This document shows, piece after piece, positions 37,451 through 49,830 of a stretch of DNA of 64,000 bases. The notes under the pieces were generated by a model, which saw only the letters and a list, made by a program, of their open reading frames with translations, was not told where the DNA came from and searched no databases. The position numbers were made by a program, and so were the translations under genes. Source of the DNA: Squalus acanthias (taxonomy: Eukaryota); assembly GCA_030390025.1 (NCBI GenBank), contig CM059432.1, positions 110,734,001-110,798,000 on the forward strand, read 5' to 3'. How positions within the stretch are numbered: the stretch's first letter is position 1; every line of letters starts with the position of its first letter.

Positions 37451-39300
37451 CTCCACGGTCTCTAAATTGACACACTGCTTGTCCGACATCCAGTTCTGGA
37501 TGAGCAGAAATTTTCCCCAATTAAATATTGGGAAGACCGAAGCCATTGGCCCGAAAATTAGACCTAATACGGGAGATTACGCACTGTGTACTCTCGCGTA
37601 TTAGGTCCCGAAGTGCCGGTTTCCTGCATGCACTGCGCATGCGCGGGAAACCGGCAATTCGGGTATTGCGAAGGGGGCGGTTCCTAAGTGAACCGCGTGC
37701 GCGCTACAGGTTGTGCGCACGCAGCGCACTTAGTTTTTTTTTCAGGTTTGAACGCGCAGGTAAGTGTTGAAGGTTTTACACAAAGAAAGGAGGTGTAAGA
37801 CCCCCTTTTAACAAGGTAAGTAGTTAATTAAGTATTATTTTAAATTTTTTTTCAACAGGTTTATCTTTTTTAGAGACTTTAAAGAAAGGTAAGTTTATTT
37901 TTATAACTTTTAAAAAGAATTTAAATTTTTTCAAAAATTTAAATTTTTGTTTAAAGTGGTTAATTTATTTAACTATAGTTATTTTATTAATGTGATGGCT
38001 TTTTTTTTAAATTTAATTGAGGTTTAGCTGTTCTTTTGGGGCCTTGTTGTATTCATAGCTTTGACAGCTCTTGCTGTCAAAACTATGAATGAAAGATGGT
38101 GTGCTGCCATTGGCTCTAACTGGCCCACGTGATCCCAGAGGTCGCATCGAATTAACTGCGCCTCTGGGACACGCACACACTGCGCGCCGGCACCAGGGAG
38201 AGGCCCAGGAACTGAAGTTCGTGTGGGCCAAAACCATAAAGGTAGGCGCGGAGTGCGATATCGCGGGGGATCCTTACCCTCGCGGCAACCATCGAAGTCC
38301 AATTTCTGGGCCATTGTCTTTGGGCCCTGCCACAAACTCTGTTCCCTAGCCACCGACTCCATCCCTCTCCCTGTCTGAGGCTAAACCAGACTGTTCGCAA
38401 CCTTGGTGTCATATTTGACCCTGAAATGAGCTTCCAACCACATTTCCGCAGCATAACAAAGACCATCTATTTCCACCTCCGTAACATTGCCCGTCTCCGC
38501 CCCTGCCTCAGCTCATCTGCTGCTGAAACTCTCATCCATGCCTTTGTTACCTCTAGACTTGACTAGTCCAACGCACTCCTGGCTGACCTCCTACATTCTA
38601 CCCTACGTAAACTTGAGGTCATCCAAAACTCAGCTGTCCGTGTCCTAACTCGCACCAATTCCCGTTCATCCATCTCCCCTGTGCTCGCTGACCTACATTG
38701 GCTCCCGGTTAAACAACAACTCGATTTCAAAATTCTCAGCCTTGTTTTCAAATCCCTCCATGGCCTCACCCCTCCCTATCTCTGTAATCATCTCCTTCAG
38801 CCCCACAACCCCCCCGAGATATCTGCGCTCCTCTAATTCTGCATCCCTGATTATAATCGCTCAACCATTGGTGACCGTGCCTTCTGTGCCTAGGCCCTAA
38901 GCTCTGGAATTCCCTGCCTAAACCTCTCCGCCTCTATAGCTCTCTTTCCTCCTTTAAGATGCTCCTTAAAACCTACCTCTTTCATCAAGCTTTTAGTCAC
39001 CTGCTCTAATTTCTTATGTGGCTTGGTGTCAATTTTTTGTCTTATAACACTCCGGTGATGTTTTACTACATTAAAGGCGCTCTATAAATACACATTGTTG
39101 TTGTTGTTGTTGCAAACCTCACCGCCTCTCTACCTCTCTTCTCCTTTAAGATGCTCCTTGAAACCTACCTCTTTGGTCAGTTGTCCGAATATCTCCTTAA
39201 GTGTCTCGGTGTCAACTTACGTTTGATAACACTCCTGTGAAGCACCTTGGAACGTTTTACTATGTTAAAGGTGCTATATAAGTGCAAATGGTTATTATTG
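37451..39300 (+). mobile_element. L2 LINE 3' part (to about 39112) plus an additional L2 tail
   Basis: Collinear with 32475-32735 plus 36344-36987; (ttg)n tail at about 39095-39112. Confidence 0.88.
37548..38312. mobile_element. Harbinger-type MITE, 765 bp, related to 34148-34907
   Basis: TIR GGCCCGAAAATT / AATTTCTGGGCC; TSD ATT; the L2 rejoins as gaagccattgtctttgg. Confidence 0.9.
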
Positions 39301-39729
39301 TTGTTTATTGCAAAGGAAAGGCTGAGGGATGAGGAAAATCTATGCTGGGATGAGCGATGCTGTAATTTGCCCTGACAGTTTTTTTCTAGGTCGCACGTTA
39401 AAGTAGTTGATGAGAAATGCTGTTGTATGAATGGTTTAGATGTACAGCAGGATGTTGAAACACATGCAGATGACTGCAGGTGCCTTGGATTTCAGGCATA
39501 AACTAAATGTGCTATTGCAGCCGGTCTCGGACTCCTGCTCCATGTAGTGTGCCAGTGCCTGTGACACTGAGGACCTGTTCACCAAGCACATGTCAAGCTA
39601 AAAAAAAAAGGCCCGTTTGCAGGCAACAATAATTTTGGACCCTTGTCGGTTTGTACTCGTGTTTTCTCTGATCCTGTCTTCTTCATCTAGAATTAGCAAA
39701 TAGAGAGTGAAAACCATCGGGATACTCAT

Positions 39730-40090
39730 AGAAAGAAAGAAAGAAAGACTTGCATTTCTATAGCGCCTTTCATGACTACCGGCTGTCCCAAAGCGCTTTA
39801 CAGCCAGTGAAGTACTTTTGGAGTGTAGTCACTGTTGTAATGTGGGAAACGCGGCAGCCAATTTGCACACAGCAAGCTCCCACAAACAGCAATGTGATAA
39901 TGACCAGATAATCTGTTTTTGTTATGTTGATTGAGGGATAAATATTAACCAGGACACTGGGGATATCTCCCCTGCTCTTCATCGAAATAGTGCCATGGGA
40001 TCTTTTACGTCCACCTGAGAGAGCAGACGGGGCCTCGGTTTAACATCTCATCCGAAAGACGGCACCTCCGACAGTGCAGCATTCCCTCAG
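39730..40090 (-). mobile_element. DeuSINE (SacSINE1-like), 5'-truncated
   Basis: Reverse complement of about 47198-47552 with (tttc)n tail. Confidence 0.9.
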
Positions 40091-40509
40091 ATCCTATTTA
40101 GGCAGAGTGCCCTTGGGTAACACCCACAGACGGCACACAGAGCGCAGGTTTAGAAAGGTATGAATAGCTGCAGTACTGAAACCCAAGGATAATATCAGAT
40201 AAACTATGAAATCACGAGGTCAGTAAGCATCTGCTTGATGGAACTTCCAAACAGACTCAGTTTTAGGGAACAGGAGTCAACATGCTTGAATAGTTCAACC
40301 AACCTTTTTATCATTTGTTCACAGGATGTGGGCGATACTAGCATGATCACATTTTTTCTTCATTCCTTATTGTCCTGAGAAGGTGATAGAGGCCTTTCTT
40401 GTTGAATCACTGCAGTCCTCGGTAGATGGTGCTTCCTGGTCCTATATAGAGATTTCTAGGGCTTTGACGCATCAATGATGGAAGAAGGGCGATAAATGTC
40501 CAAGTCAGA

Positions 40510-42657
40510 ATTTTTTTTTTTCGTTTATGGGATGTGGGCGTCGCTGGCAAGGCCAGCATTTATTGCCCATCCCTAATTACCCTTGAGAAGGTGGTGGTGA
40601 GCCGCCTTCTTGAACCACCGCAGTCTGTGCGGTGAAGGTACTCCAACAGTGTTGTTAGGGAAGGAGTTCCAGGATTTTGACCCAGCGACAATGAAGAATC
40701 AGTGATATACTTCAAAGTCAGGATGGTGTGTGACTTGGAGGGGAACTTGGAGGTGGTGGTGTTCCCATGCACCTGCTGCCCTTGTCCTACTAGGTGGAAG
40801 AGGTCGCAGGTTTGGGAGGTGCTGCCGAAGAAGCCTTGGCGAGTTGCTGCTGTGCATCTTGTAGATGGTACACATTGCAGCCACGGTACACCGGTGGTGG
40901 AGGGAGTGAATGTTTAAGGTGGTGGATGGGGTGCCAATGAAGCGGGCTGCTTTGTTCTGGATGATGTCGAGCTTCTTGAGTGTTGTTGGAGTTGCATTCA
41001 TCCAGGCAAGTGGAGAGTATTCCATCACACTCCTTACTTGTGCCTTGTAGATGGTGGAAAGGCTTTGGGGGAGTTAGGAGGTGAGACACTCGCCACAGAA
41101 TACCTAGCCTCTGACCTGCTCTTGTTGCCACAGTATTTATGTGGCTGTTCCAGTTAAGTTTCTGGTTAATGGTGACCCCCAGGATGTTGATGGTGGGGGA
41201 TTCGGCGATAGAATGCCATTGAATGTCAAGGGGCAGTGGTTAGACTCTCGCTTGTTGGAGACAGTCATTGCCTGGCACTTGTGTGGCACGAATGTTACCT
41301 TCCACTTATCAGCCCAAGCCTGAATGCGGTCCAGGTCTTGTTGCATGCAGGCACGGACTGCTTCATTATCTGAGGAGTTGCGAATGGCACTGAACACTGT
41401 GTAGTCATCAGCGAACATCCCCACTTCTGACCTGATGATGGATGGAAGGTCATTGATGAAGCAGCAGAAGATGGTTGGGTCTAGGACACTGCCCTGAGGA
41501 ACTCCTGCAGCGATGTCCTGGGGCTGTGATAATTGACCTTCAATCACTACAACCATCTTCCTTTGTGCTAGGTATGACTCCAGCCAGTGGAGCGTTTTCC
41601 CCCTGATTCCATTTGACTTCAGTTTTACTCGGGCTCCTTGATGCCACACTCGGTCAAATGCTGCCTTGATGTCAAGGGCAGTCACTCTCACCTCACCTCT
41701 GGAATTCAGCTCCTTTGTCCATGTTTGGAGCAAGGCTGTAATGAGGTCGGGAGCCGAGTAGTCTTGGCGGATCCCAAACTGGGCATCAGTGAGCAGGTTA
41801 TTGGTGAGTAAGTGCTGTTTGATAGCACTTTCGATGACACCTTCCATCACTTTGCTGATGATTGAGAGTAGGCTGATGGGGCGGTAATTGGCCGGGTTGG
41901 ATTTATCCTGCTTTTTGTGGACAGGACATACCTGGGCAGTTTTCCACATTGTCAGATAGATGCCAGCATTGTAGCTGTACTGGAACAGCTTGGCTAGATG
42001 CGCGGCTAGTTCTGGTGCACAAGTCTTCAGCACGATAGCCGGGATGTTGCCGGGCCCCATAGCCTTTGCTGTATCCAGTGCGCTGAGCCGTTTCTTGATA
42101 TCATGTGGAATGAATCGAATTGGCTGAAGACTGTTTCTGTGATGGTGGGGGCCTCAGGAGGAGGCCAAGATGGATCATCCACTCGGCACTTCTGGCTGAA
42201 GATGGTTGCAAAAGCTTCAGCCTTGTCTTTTGCACTCACGTGCTGGGCTCCACCATCATTGAGGATGGGGATATTCATGGAGCCTCCTCCTCCCGTTAGT
42301 TGTTTAATGGTCCACCACCATTCACGACTGCAGGCCTGGAGAGCTTTGATCTGATCCGTTGATTGTGGGATCGCTTAGCCCTGTCTATAGCATGCTGCTT
42401 CCGCTTTTTAGCATGCATGTAGCCCTGTGTTGCAGCTTCCCCAGGTTGGCAGCTGCAAAAAACTGGGCATCCAAATGGCGCTGTGGGCCATCAGCAGCAG
42501 CAGAATTGTATTCCAACACAATCTGCAACCTCATGGCCCGGCATATCCCTCACTCTACCATTACCATCAAGCCAAGGGACCAACCCTGGTTCAATAAGGA
42601 GTGTAGAAGAGCCAAGCCAGGAGCAGCACCAGGCGTACCTAAAAATGAAGTGCAACC
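40510..42657 (-). mobile_element. CR1/L2-group LINE, 5'-truncated, with inverted 5' segment (about 42448-42657)
   Basis: ORF 41137-42060: [36 protein letters not shown]-rich tail at 40510. Confidence 0.9.
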
Positions 42658-42659
42658 AA

Positions 42660-44340
42660 CTTCAGCCAGAAGTGCCAAGTGGATGATCCATATCGGCCTA
42701 CTCCCGAGGTCGCCACCATCACAGAAGCCAGTCTTCAGCCAATTCGATTCACTCCACGTGATATCATGAAACGGCTTAGCGCACTGGATACAGCAAAGGC
42801 TATGGGCCCCGACAACATCCCAGCTGTCATGCTGAAGACTTGTGCTCCAGAACTAGCCGTCCCTCTAGCCAAGCTGTTCCAGTACAGCTACAACACTGGC
42901 ATCTATCCGACAATGTGACAAACTGCCCAGGTATGTCCTGTCCACAAAAAGCAGGACAAATCCAACCCGGCCAATTACCGCCCCATCAGTCTACTCTCAA
43001 TCATCAGCAAAGTGATGGAAGGTGTCATCGACAGTGCTATCAAGCGGCACTTACTCACCAATAACCTGCTCACAGATGCCCAGTTTGGGTTCCGCCAAGA
43101 CCATTCAGCTCCCGACCTCATTACAGCCTTGGTCCAAACATGGACAAAGGAACTGAATTCCAGAGGTGAGGTGAGAGTGACTGCCCTTGACATCAAGGCA
43201 GCATTTGACCGAGTGTGGCATCAAGGAGCCCAAGTAAAACTGAAGTCAATAGGAATCGGGGGGAAAACGCTCCACTGGCTGGAGTCATAAGGAAGATGTT
43301 TGTGGTGGTTGAAGTTCAATCATCACAGCCCTAGGACATTGCTACAGGAGTTCCTCAGGGCAGTGTTCTGTGCCCAACCATCTTCAGCTGCTTCATCAAT
43401 TACCTTCCCTCCAACATAAGGTCAGAAATGGGGATGTTCGCTGATGACTGCACAGTGTTCAGTGCCATTGACAACTCCTCAGATAATGAAGCAGTCCGTG
43501 CCCGCATGCAACATGACCTGGACGATGTTCAGGCTTGGGCTTGGGCTGATAAGTAACATTCGCGCCACACAAGTGCCAGGCAATGACTATCTCCAACAAG
43601 CGAGAGTCTAACCGCCTCCCCTTGACATTCAAAGGCATTGCATCGCCGAATCCCCCACCATCAACATCCTGGGGGTCACCATTAACCAGAAACTTAACTG
43701 GAACAGCCACATAAATACTGTGGCAACAAGAGCAGGTCAGAGGCTAGGTATTCTGCGGCGAGTGTCTCACCTCCTAACTCCCCCAAAGCCTTTCCACCAT
43801 CTACAAGGCACAAGTAAGGACTGTGATGGAATACTCTCCACTTGCCTGGATGAATGCAACTCCAACAACACTCAAGAAGCTCGACATCATCCAGGACAAA
43901 GCAGCCCACTTCATTGGCACCCCATCCACCACCTTAAACATTCACTCCCTCCACCACCGGCGTACCGTGGCTGCAGTGTGTACCATCTACAAGATGCACT
44001 GCAGCAACTCGCCAAGGCTTCTTCGGCAGCACCTCCCAAACCCGCGACCTCTTCTACCTAGAAGGACAAGGGCAGCAGGCGCATGGGAACACCACCACCT
44101 CCAAGTTCCCCTCCAAGTCACACACCATCCTGATTTAGAAGTATATCGCCGATCCTTCATCGTCGCTGGGTCAAAATCCTGGAACTCCCTCCCTAACAGG
44201 ACTGTGGGAGTACCTTCACCACACGGACTGCAGCGGTTCAAGGCGGCAGCTCACCACCACCTTCTCAAGGGCAACTAGGGATGGACAATAAATGCTGGCC
44301 TTGCCAGCGACGCCCACATCCCATAAACAAATTAAAAAAA
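42660..44340 (+). mobile_element. CR1/L2-group LINE, inverted partner of 40510-42200
   Basis: Same RT motifs; tail cccacatcccataaacaaattaaaaaaa. Confidence 0.9.
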
Positions 44341-44582
44341 GCCCGACCAGGTAAAGACAGCAAATTTCCTTCCCGAAAGGACATTGGAGAACAAGTTGGG
44401 TTTTTATGACAATGCAATAGTTTCCTGGTCACCAGTACTGATACTAGCTTCTTATTCTAGATTTATTTAATTAACTGAATTTAAATTCCCCATCTGCTGT
44501 GGTGCGATTTGAACTCTTGTCTCCAGATCATTAGTCTAGGCCCCTGAATTACTAGCCCAGTAACATAGCCACGATGCTACCA
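44341..44582 (-). mobile_element. tRNA-derived SINE, 5' part
   Basis: Antisense head ggtagcatcgtggctatgttactgg..gagttcaaatcgcacca with a B-box-like motif. Confidence 0.6.
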
Positions 44583-44819
44583 TATGTGCTCGGACCGCTT
44601 AGTAGTAGAGGTCACAGGGCTAGGAGGGTGCTTTGATGCAGATTTGGTACATTTCTGTAGTGTATGCTGTAGACAGTACATACTGCAGCCACAGTGCAAT
44701 GGATAGTGTACAATATCAGACTTAAGGCTTGTAGATGTTGGAGAGGCTTTGAAGGGTGAGCCACTCAGTGTAGACTATCCAGTCTCCGCTCTACTCTCGT
44801 CCCCACTAAACTCCAACAG

Positions 44820-45742
44820 CGCTTTTGCATAAAAGGGACGAATGCACAATCCAACGCTTCGAGTCACCTCTTCCCCTCCCTCCCAGAAGCACGATAGGCT
44901 CCCCATTCCATCCCACCAGCCTTCACATTCAGGGGATCATCCTCCGCCATCTCCAGCACGATCTCACCATCAAACACATCTTCCCCTCCTGTCCCTTTCA
45001 GCATTCCGAAGGGACCATTCAATTCACGACATCCTGGTCCACTCTTCAATCACCCCAACACCCCCTCCCCTTCCCATGCAAATGCAGGAGAAGCAACACC
45101 TGCCCTTTTACTTCCTCCCTTCTCATCATGCAGGGCCTCAAACACTCCTTCCAGGTGAAACAGCAATTTCCTTCTACTTCTTCCAACTTGGCATAATGTA
45201 TTCGCTGCTCACGATTGGGTGGTGACTTTGCTGAACACCTCCGTTCAGTCTGCTAGCGTGACCCCAAGCTTCCAGTCGCATGTCACTTTAATTCTCTGAA
45301 CCACTCCCACTCTGACCTCTCTGTCCTCGGCCTCTTGCACTGTTCCAATGAAGCTCAAAGTTTGAGGAACAGCACCTCATCTTTCAATTAGGCACTTTAC
45401 AGTCTTCTGGAATCAACATTGAGTGCAACAACTTCAGGTCATAACCATCGCTCCCATTTTCTAGGACAGCAGGTGTTGGTACCGATTCTGCTGCAACCAT
45501 TTCCACCTCCTCTGAACCCATCTTTTGTTTCTTTATTGTCCCACTACCTTCCCTTTTGTTCTTTCCTCCCCTCCCCCTTTCCCTGCCTCTGCACTTGCTT
45601 AAAACCTGTTACATCTCGAACTTCTTCCGGTTCTGACGAAGGGCCATCGACCTCAAACGTTAACTCTGTTTCTCTCTCCACAGATGCAGCCTGACCTGCT
45701 GAGTATTTCCAGTATTCTCTGTTTTTATTTCAGATTTCCAGT
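44820..45742 (+). mobile_element. Decayed Penelope-like element, second family (GIY-YIG region and 3' end)
   Basis: LSAFRRDHSIHDILVHS, PCKCRRSNTCPF, FAEHLRSV, EEQHLIFQLGTL; hammerhead-like ctgacgaagg..cctcaaacgtt at about 45633-45661. Confidence 0.8.
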
Positions 45743-47083
45743 TTTAGCAATATATAAATACAAGTTCTTTCTTCTTTTAAAAACATTTTTGTTCACGTCT
45801 TATTTGTCTTTGCACATGACCAGTCAGCCATCTCGGCTTCTTCCTACCACACTCCCTTCTTTTGAATTTGAGCAGGTACCTGACTTCCACCTGTTTTGTT
45901 TTGCTTGCCATTTGCATTCTGCTTCAGTTTCTTCCCCATCCAGTAGGGTTGGCCATTTGACCTGCTCCAAATCCTCTGCCGTTTTAATAAAGTTAGCCCT
46001 TCTGAATTCATATAAACGCCTCCAGTTGCAGGGCATCTGGATAAAGCATTGGCCAAAGGCATATGTTGCTTAATTTTCAAATAATGTATGTCATAGTTAC
46101 TTGATTTTTACTATTATTTAGACAAAAAAAACTATTTGGTTTCAGCTCTGGACTTGTAGCCCTAACGTAAGAGCATTACAGACTCTCAGCCAAAGATCGA
46201 TCTGAAAGGGCTACTTAATTAAACATATATGAAAAAGAAATAACAGTAAATCATCAGGACGGTAAGATGAGATTGTTCATGCAACCCAGCAACAAGCTCA
46301 GGCATCATATGACTTGCTGAAAGAGATTAAATATTTATCCTTGCTTCACGAAACTTCCCTTCTATCGAGAGAATTGTATGTTTCAAGGCAGCATAACACG
46401 ACTGTTAAAAAATCGATACTATGAATGAAATTATGTCTATATCTTTTCCACATTCTAAGAAGTACTGCAATATATATATGTCTACCTAATTTTACAGATG
46501 TTATATAATCTGCTATTAATGAGCATTCATATCCTGTCATTTTTTAATTTGAAGATTATTGCTTTAAGAGATTTGTGCTATGTTTGAGCTAAGGAGGGGG
46601 AGATGAAAACCTCTGCTCCCTGCTGCTACCAGACCTCTACTGAAACTGTTGCTAGGTCTATGTTAGAGGGCAGCAGGATTGGGCTGGGTTGAGACTTCCA
46701 GCTGTCTGCATTAATGAGCTTACCAGGGCCCTTCAGGGTTAGGAAGATTGGCCACTTGGGCAAAATGCTGGAGAGCCACAGGAACCGGACCTCAGCTTCA
46801 GCCCACCCTCCTAAATTAACAGGTATTGGGAGAGGAAAGAAGACCACCAGACCAAAGTGAGGGTGCAGCCCAGCTGATTTGAAAGCTTGCTACCTTTGAG
46901 ATTATGAATAATTTTTAATTGTTTCCAGTTAGTATTCTAGGATTTTTCCTTTTAAGCATCTGATTGAGCAAATAAAGACTAATTGTTGGAAATCATTACA
47001 ACGATTGTACATATACAATTTTGTGGAGAACTAAGTGATAAGTAAGGATTTTTCTTTCAGAAACTATGTTTGTCAGCTATGAG

Positions 47084-47552
47084 CGTCAGCTGTGGCTCAG
47101 TGGGTAGCACCCTCGCCTCTGAGTCAGAAGGTTGTGGGTTCAAGTCCCACTCCAGGGACTTGAGCACATAAAGCTAGGCTGACACTCCAGTGCAGTGCTG
47201 AGGGAGTGCTGCACTGTTGGGAGTGCCGTCTTTCAGATGAGACGTTAAACCGAGGCCCCGTCTGCTCTCTCAGGTGGACGTAAAAGATCCCATGGCACTA
47301 TTTCGAAGAAGAGTCGGGGAGTTATCCCCAGTGTCTGGCCAATATTTATCCCTCAACCAACATAACAAAAACAGATTATCTGGTAATTTTCACATTGCTG
47401 TTTGTGGGAGCTTGCTGTATGCAAATTGGCTGCCGCATTTCCCACATTACAACAGTGACTACGCTTCAAAAAGTACTTCATTGCCTGTAAAGCGCTTTGA
47501 GACGTCCAGTGGTCGTGAAAGGCGCTATATAAATGCAAGTCTTTCTTTCTTT
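47084..47552 (+). mobile_element. Full-length DeuSINE (SacSINE1-like)
   Basis: A box tggctcagtggg, B box ggttcaagtcc, Deu-like core (gatgagacgttaaaccgaggccccgtctg..aaagatcccatggcacta), L2-like 3' end. Confidence 0.9.
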
Positions 47553-47694
47553 CCAGATACGTCTATTTTGTTGCCAAACATTTCTTTGGCTTAGTCCTGG
47601 AATTCAATCACCATATAGAAGGAAATATGGGAAAAGTTCACATTTTGTACTTTTGTTTGATTAATCAGTGCAACGATTCAACCCTTGCAAATCA

Positions 47695-48382
47695 AAGCAA
47701 AGGGGGTGCAGGAACAGAGAGACCTGGGGGTTCACATACACATACACAAATCTTTGGTGGTGGCAGGACAAGTTGATAAGGCTGCTAAAAAAGCTTTATA
47801 AATAGAGGCATAGAGTGCAAAAGCAACAAAGTTATGTTAAACCTTTATAAAACCCTGGTTAGGCTTCGGCTAGAGTATTGTGTCTCATTCTGGGCACCAC
47901 ACTTTAGGAAGGATGTCAAGCCCTGAGAGAGGGTGCAGAGGAGATTTACTGGAATGGTACCAGGGATGAAGGACTTCAGTTATGTTGAGAGACTGGAGAA
48001 GCTGGGGTTGTTCTCCTTGGAGCAGAGAAGGTTAAGGGGAGATTTAAGAGGTGTTTTGTTAGAGTAAATAAGGAGAAATTACTTCAACTAGCAGAAGACA
48101 CAGATTTAAGATAATTAGCAAAAGAACCAGAGGGCAGAAGAGGAAATATATTTTTACACAGTGAGTTGTTGTTATGATCATAAATGCACTGCCTGAAAGG
48201 GTTGTGGAAGCAGATTCAATAGTAACATTCAAAAGGGAATTGGATAAGTAGAAGGAAAAATTTGCAGGGCTATGGGGAAAGAGCGGGGGAGCGGGACTAA
48301 TTGGATAGCTCTTACAAAGAGCCGGCACAGGCACGATGGGCTGAATGGCCTCCTTCTGTGTGGCATCAGTCTATGATTCTAT
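47695..48382 (+). mobile_element. CR1 3' fragment
   Basis: caggaacagagagacctgggg..gagcagagaaggttaaggggagattt..tatgattcta tail. Confidence 0.88.
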
Positions 48383-49189
48383 ACTTCATGAATGGTGTAG
48401 ACTTGAGTGACTGACGAGGCTTTTTCCAGAAGTTACAATAGCTCAGTAATGCACCAGAATGAGTAGGATGTTCTATTTATTCTATAAACTTTGATTTATT
48501 TCAAAAACCTTATATTATTTTGAAGTTGTACATAAGTGCCAGTATCCATGTTTATGGCCATGTCCCTATTAACTTGCATGCATCTCCAGTTGATGATGAT
48601 AAAATGATGGTTATTTAATTTAGCAGGTCATTTATTTACAAATTTAAAATGTTCATAATTCAAGTCAGGACTGTGGGACGTGTCTTACATGTGGAGCAAG
48701 CCAATTCACACAGTGCTGCAATCTTCTATTGTCACTGAAATGTGAGGAAACTTTTGTTTAAAATTTTAAAACACACAGTGAAGCGAGGCAGTCTTCCTGG
48801 GGTTCATATGGAGATGTGGATGGTCAGGTGGGATATTTCATGACCGCAGGGCAGCACGAACAGTAACAACTGCAAAAATAACACTAAGCAACGTTTAGTA
48901 AAATAAAATACCAATTACTCTTCCAGCATTGGCATGTAATTGATCGATATGCACCTCACCATCCAAGCTGTACAGTAACTGCACTGCAAGCATATACAGG
49001 AAGCTACAACAAAAGATCGGGTACTCGCAGTCAACAACACGTGACAACAGAGTCGGCAGCAGGTACAACATGCAAGCCTTTATTTGATTTGAAATACTGC
49101 TTATTCCCTCATTTTTAATGAAATTGGTGTCCTAATGAAAGCATTTCTTAATGTTCATTTGTTACTCAATTTTCAGGTAAAGTGCAGAT

Positions 49190-49310
49190 AAAATGGAAAA
49201 CTGTGAATGCTGGAAATCTGAAATAGAAACAGGTCATATTTTAATTCACTGGTATCGGAAAGGGGAAAAGATAATTAACGTTTTGTATAGAGACCATTCA
49301 TCAGAACTTT
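49190..49310 (-). mobile_element. Degenerate Penelope 3'-end remnant (second family)
   Basis: Antisense gttctgatgaatggtc..aaaacgttaa and tttcagatttccagcatt. Confidence 0.55.
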
Positions 49311-49444
49311 GGAACTAGCACCCATAATGTTTCCCTGTCTTTTCTATTTCCAGGTGTTTCTGGACCTGTGGTGTACTCCCAGCCTGGTGCTGCACTGTGA
49401 ATTGTCTGTGATCCATGCTTCACAGTCATTGTTTTTACCATCAA

Positions 49445-49830
49445 CACCACATTGCATTTGTACAACACCTCGAATGTAGTAAAACATCCTAATGTGCTTC
49501 ACTTCGGAGAGAGACAAACTGAGCGGTGGAAGGTTGAGGAGAGTTGGCCAATGGCATGGTTAGAACTGTTGGTTTTGAGGAAGTTTTTTTAGGCAAGGCA
49601 AAGAGATTGATCAGTGGTTTTCTAGCAGATGGGGCCAACACAGCTAAAAGCTCTGCCACCAAGTGAGGAACACCGTGAGGCGGAGATGTACAGGAGACCA
49701 CAGCTGGAACACCCTCGAGTTTGGGCTGGGATGTGGGTGGGAATCAAGACAGTGGAGGGATTTGTAAATAAGAGCAGGGAATTTGAGCCTAGTGTGTTGG
49801 GAGCCAGTGGAGATCAACAAAGGTGGATGA
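49445..49830 (-). mobile_element. Degenerate L2 3' fragment
   Basis: Similar to 4780-5200 (ttgcatttgtacaacacc.., gggagccagtg). Confidence 0.55.

Noticed and set aside
45824..46080. Short ORFs in apparently unique DNA
   Set aside because: EFRRANFIKTAEDLEQVKWPTLLDG resembles the CR1 post-endonuclease region, so probably an old LINE scrap
47090..47155. tRNA-like sequence
   Set aside because: It is the SINE head and continues into the Deu core
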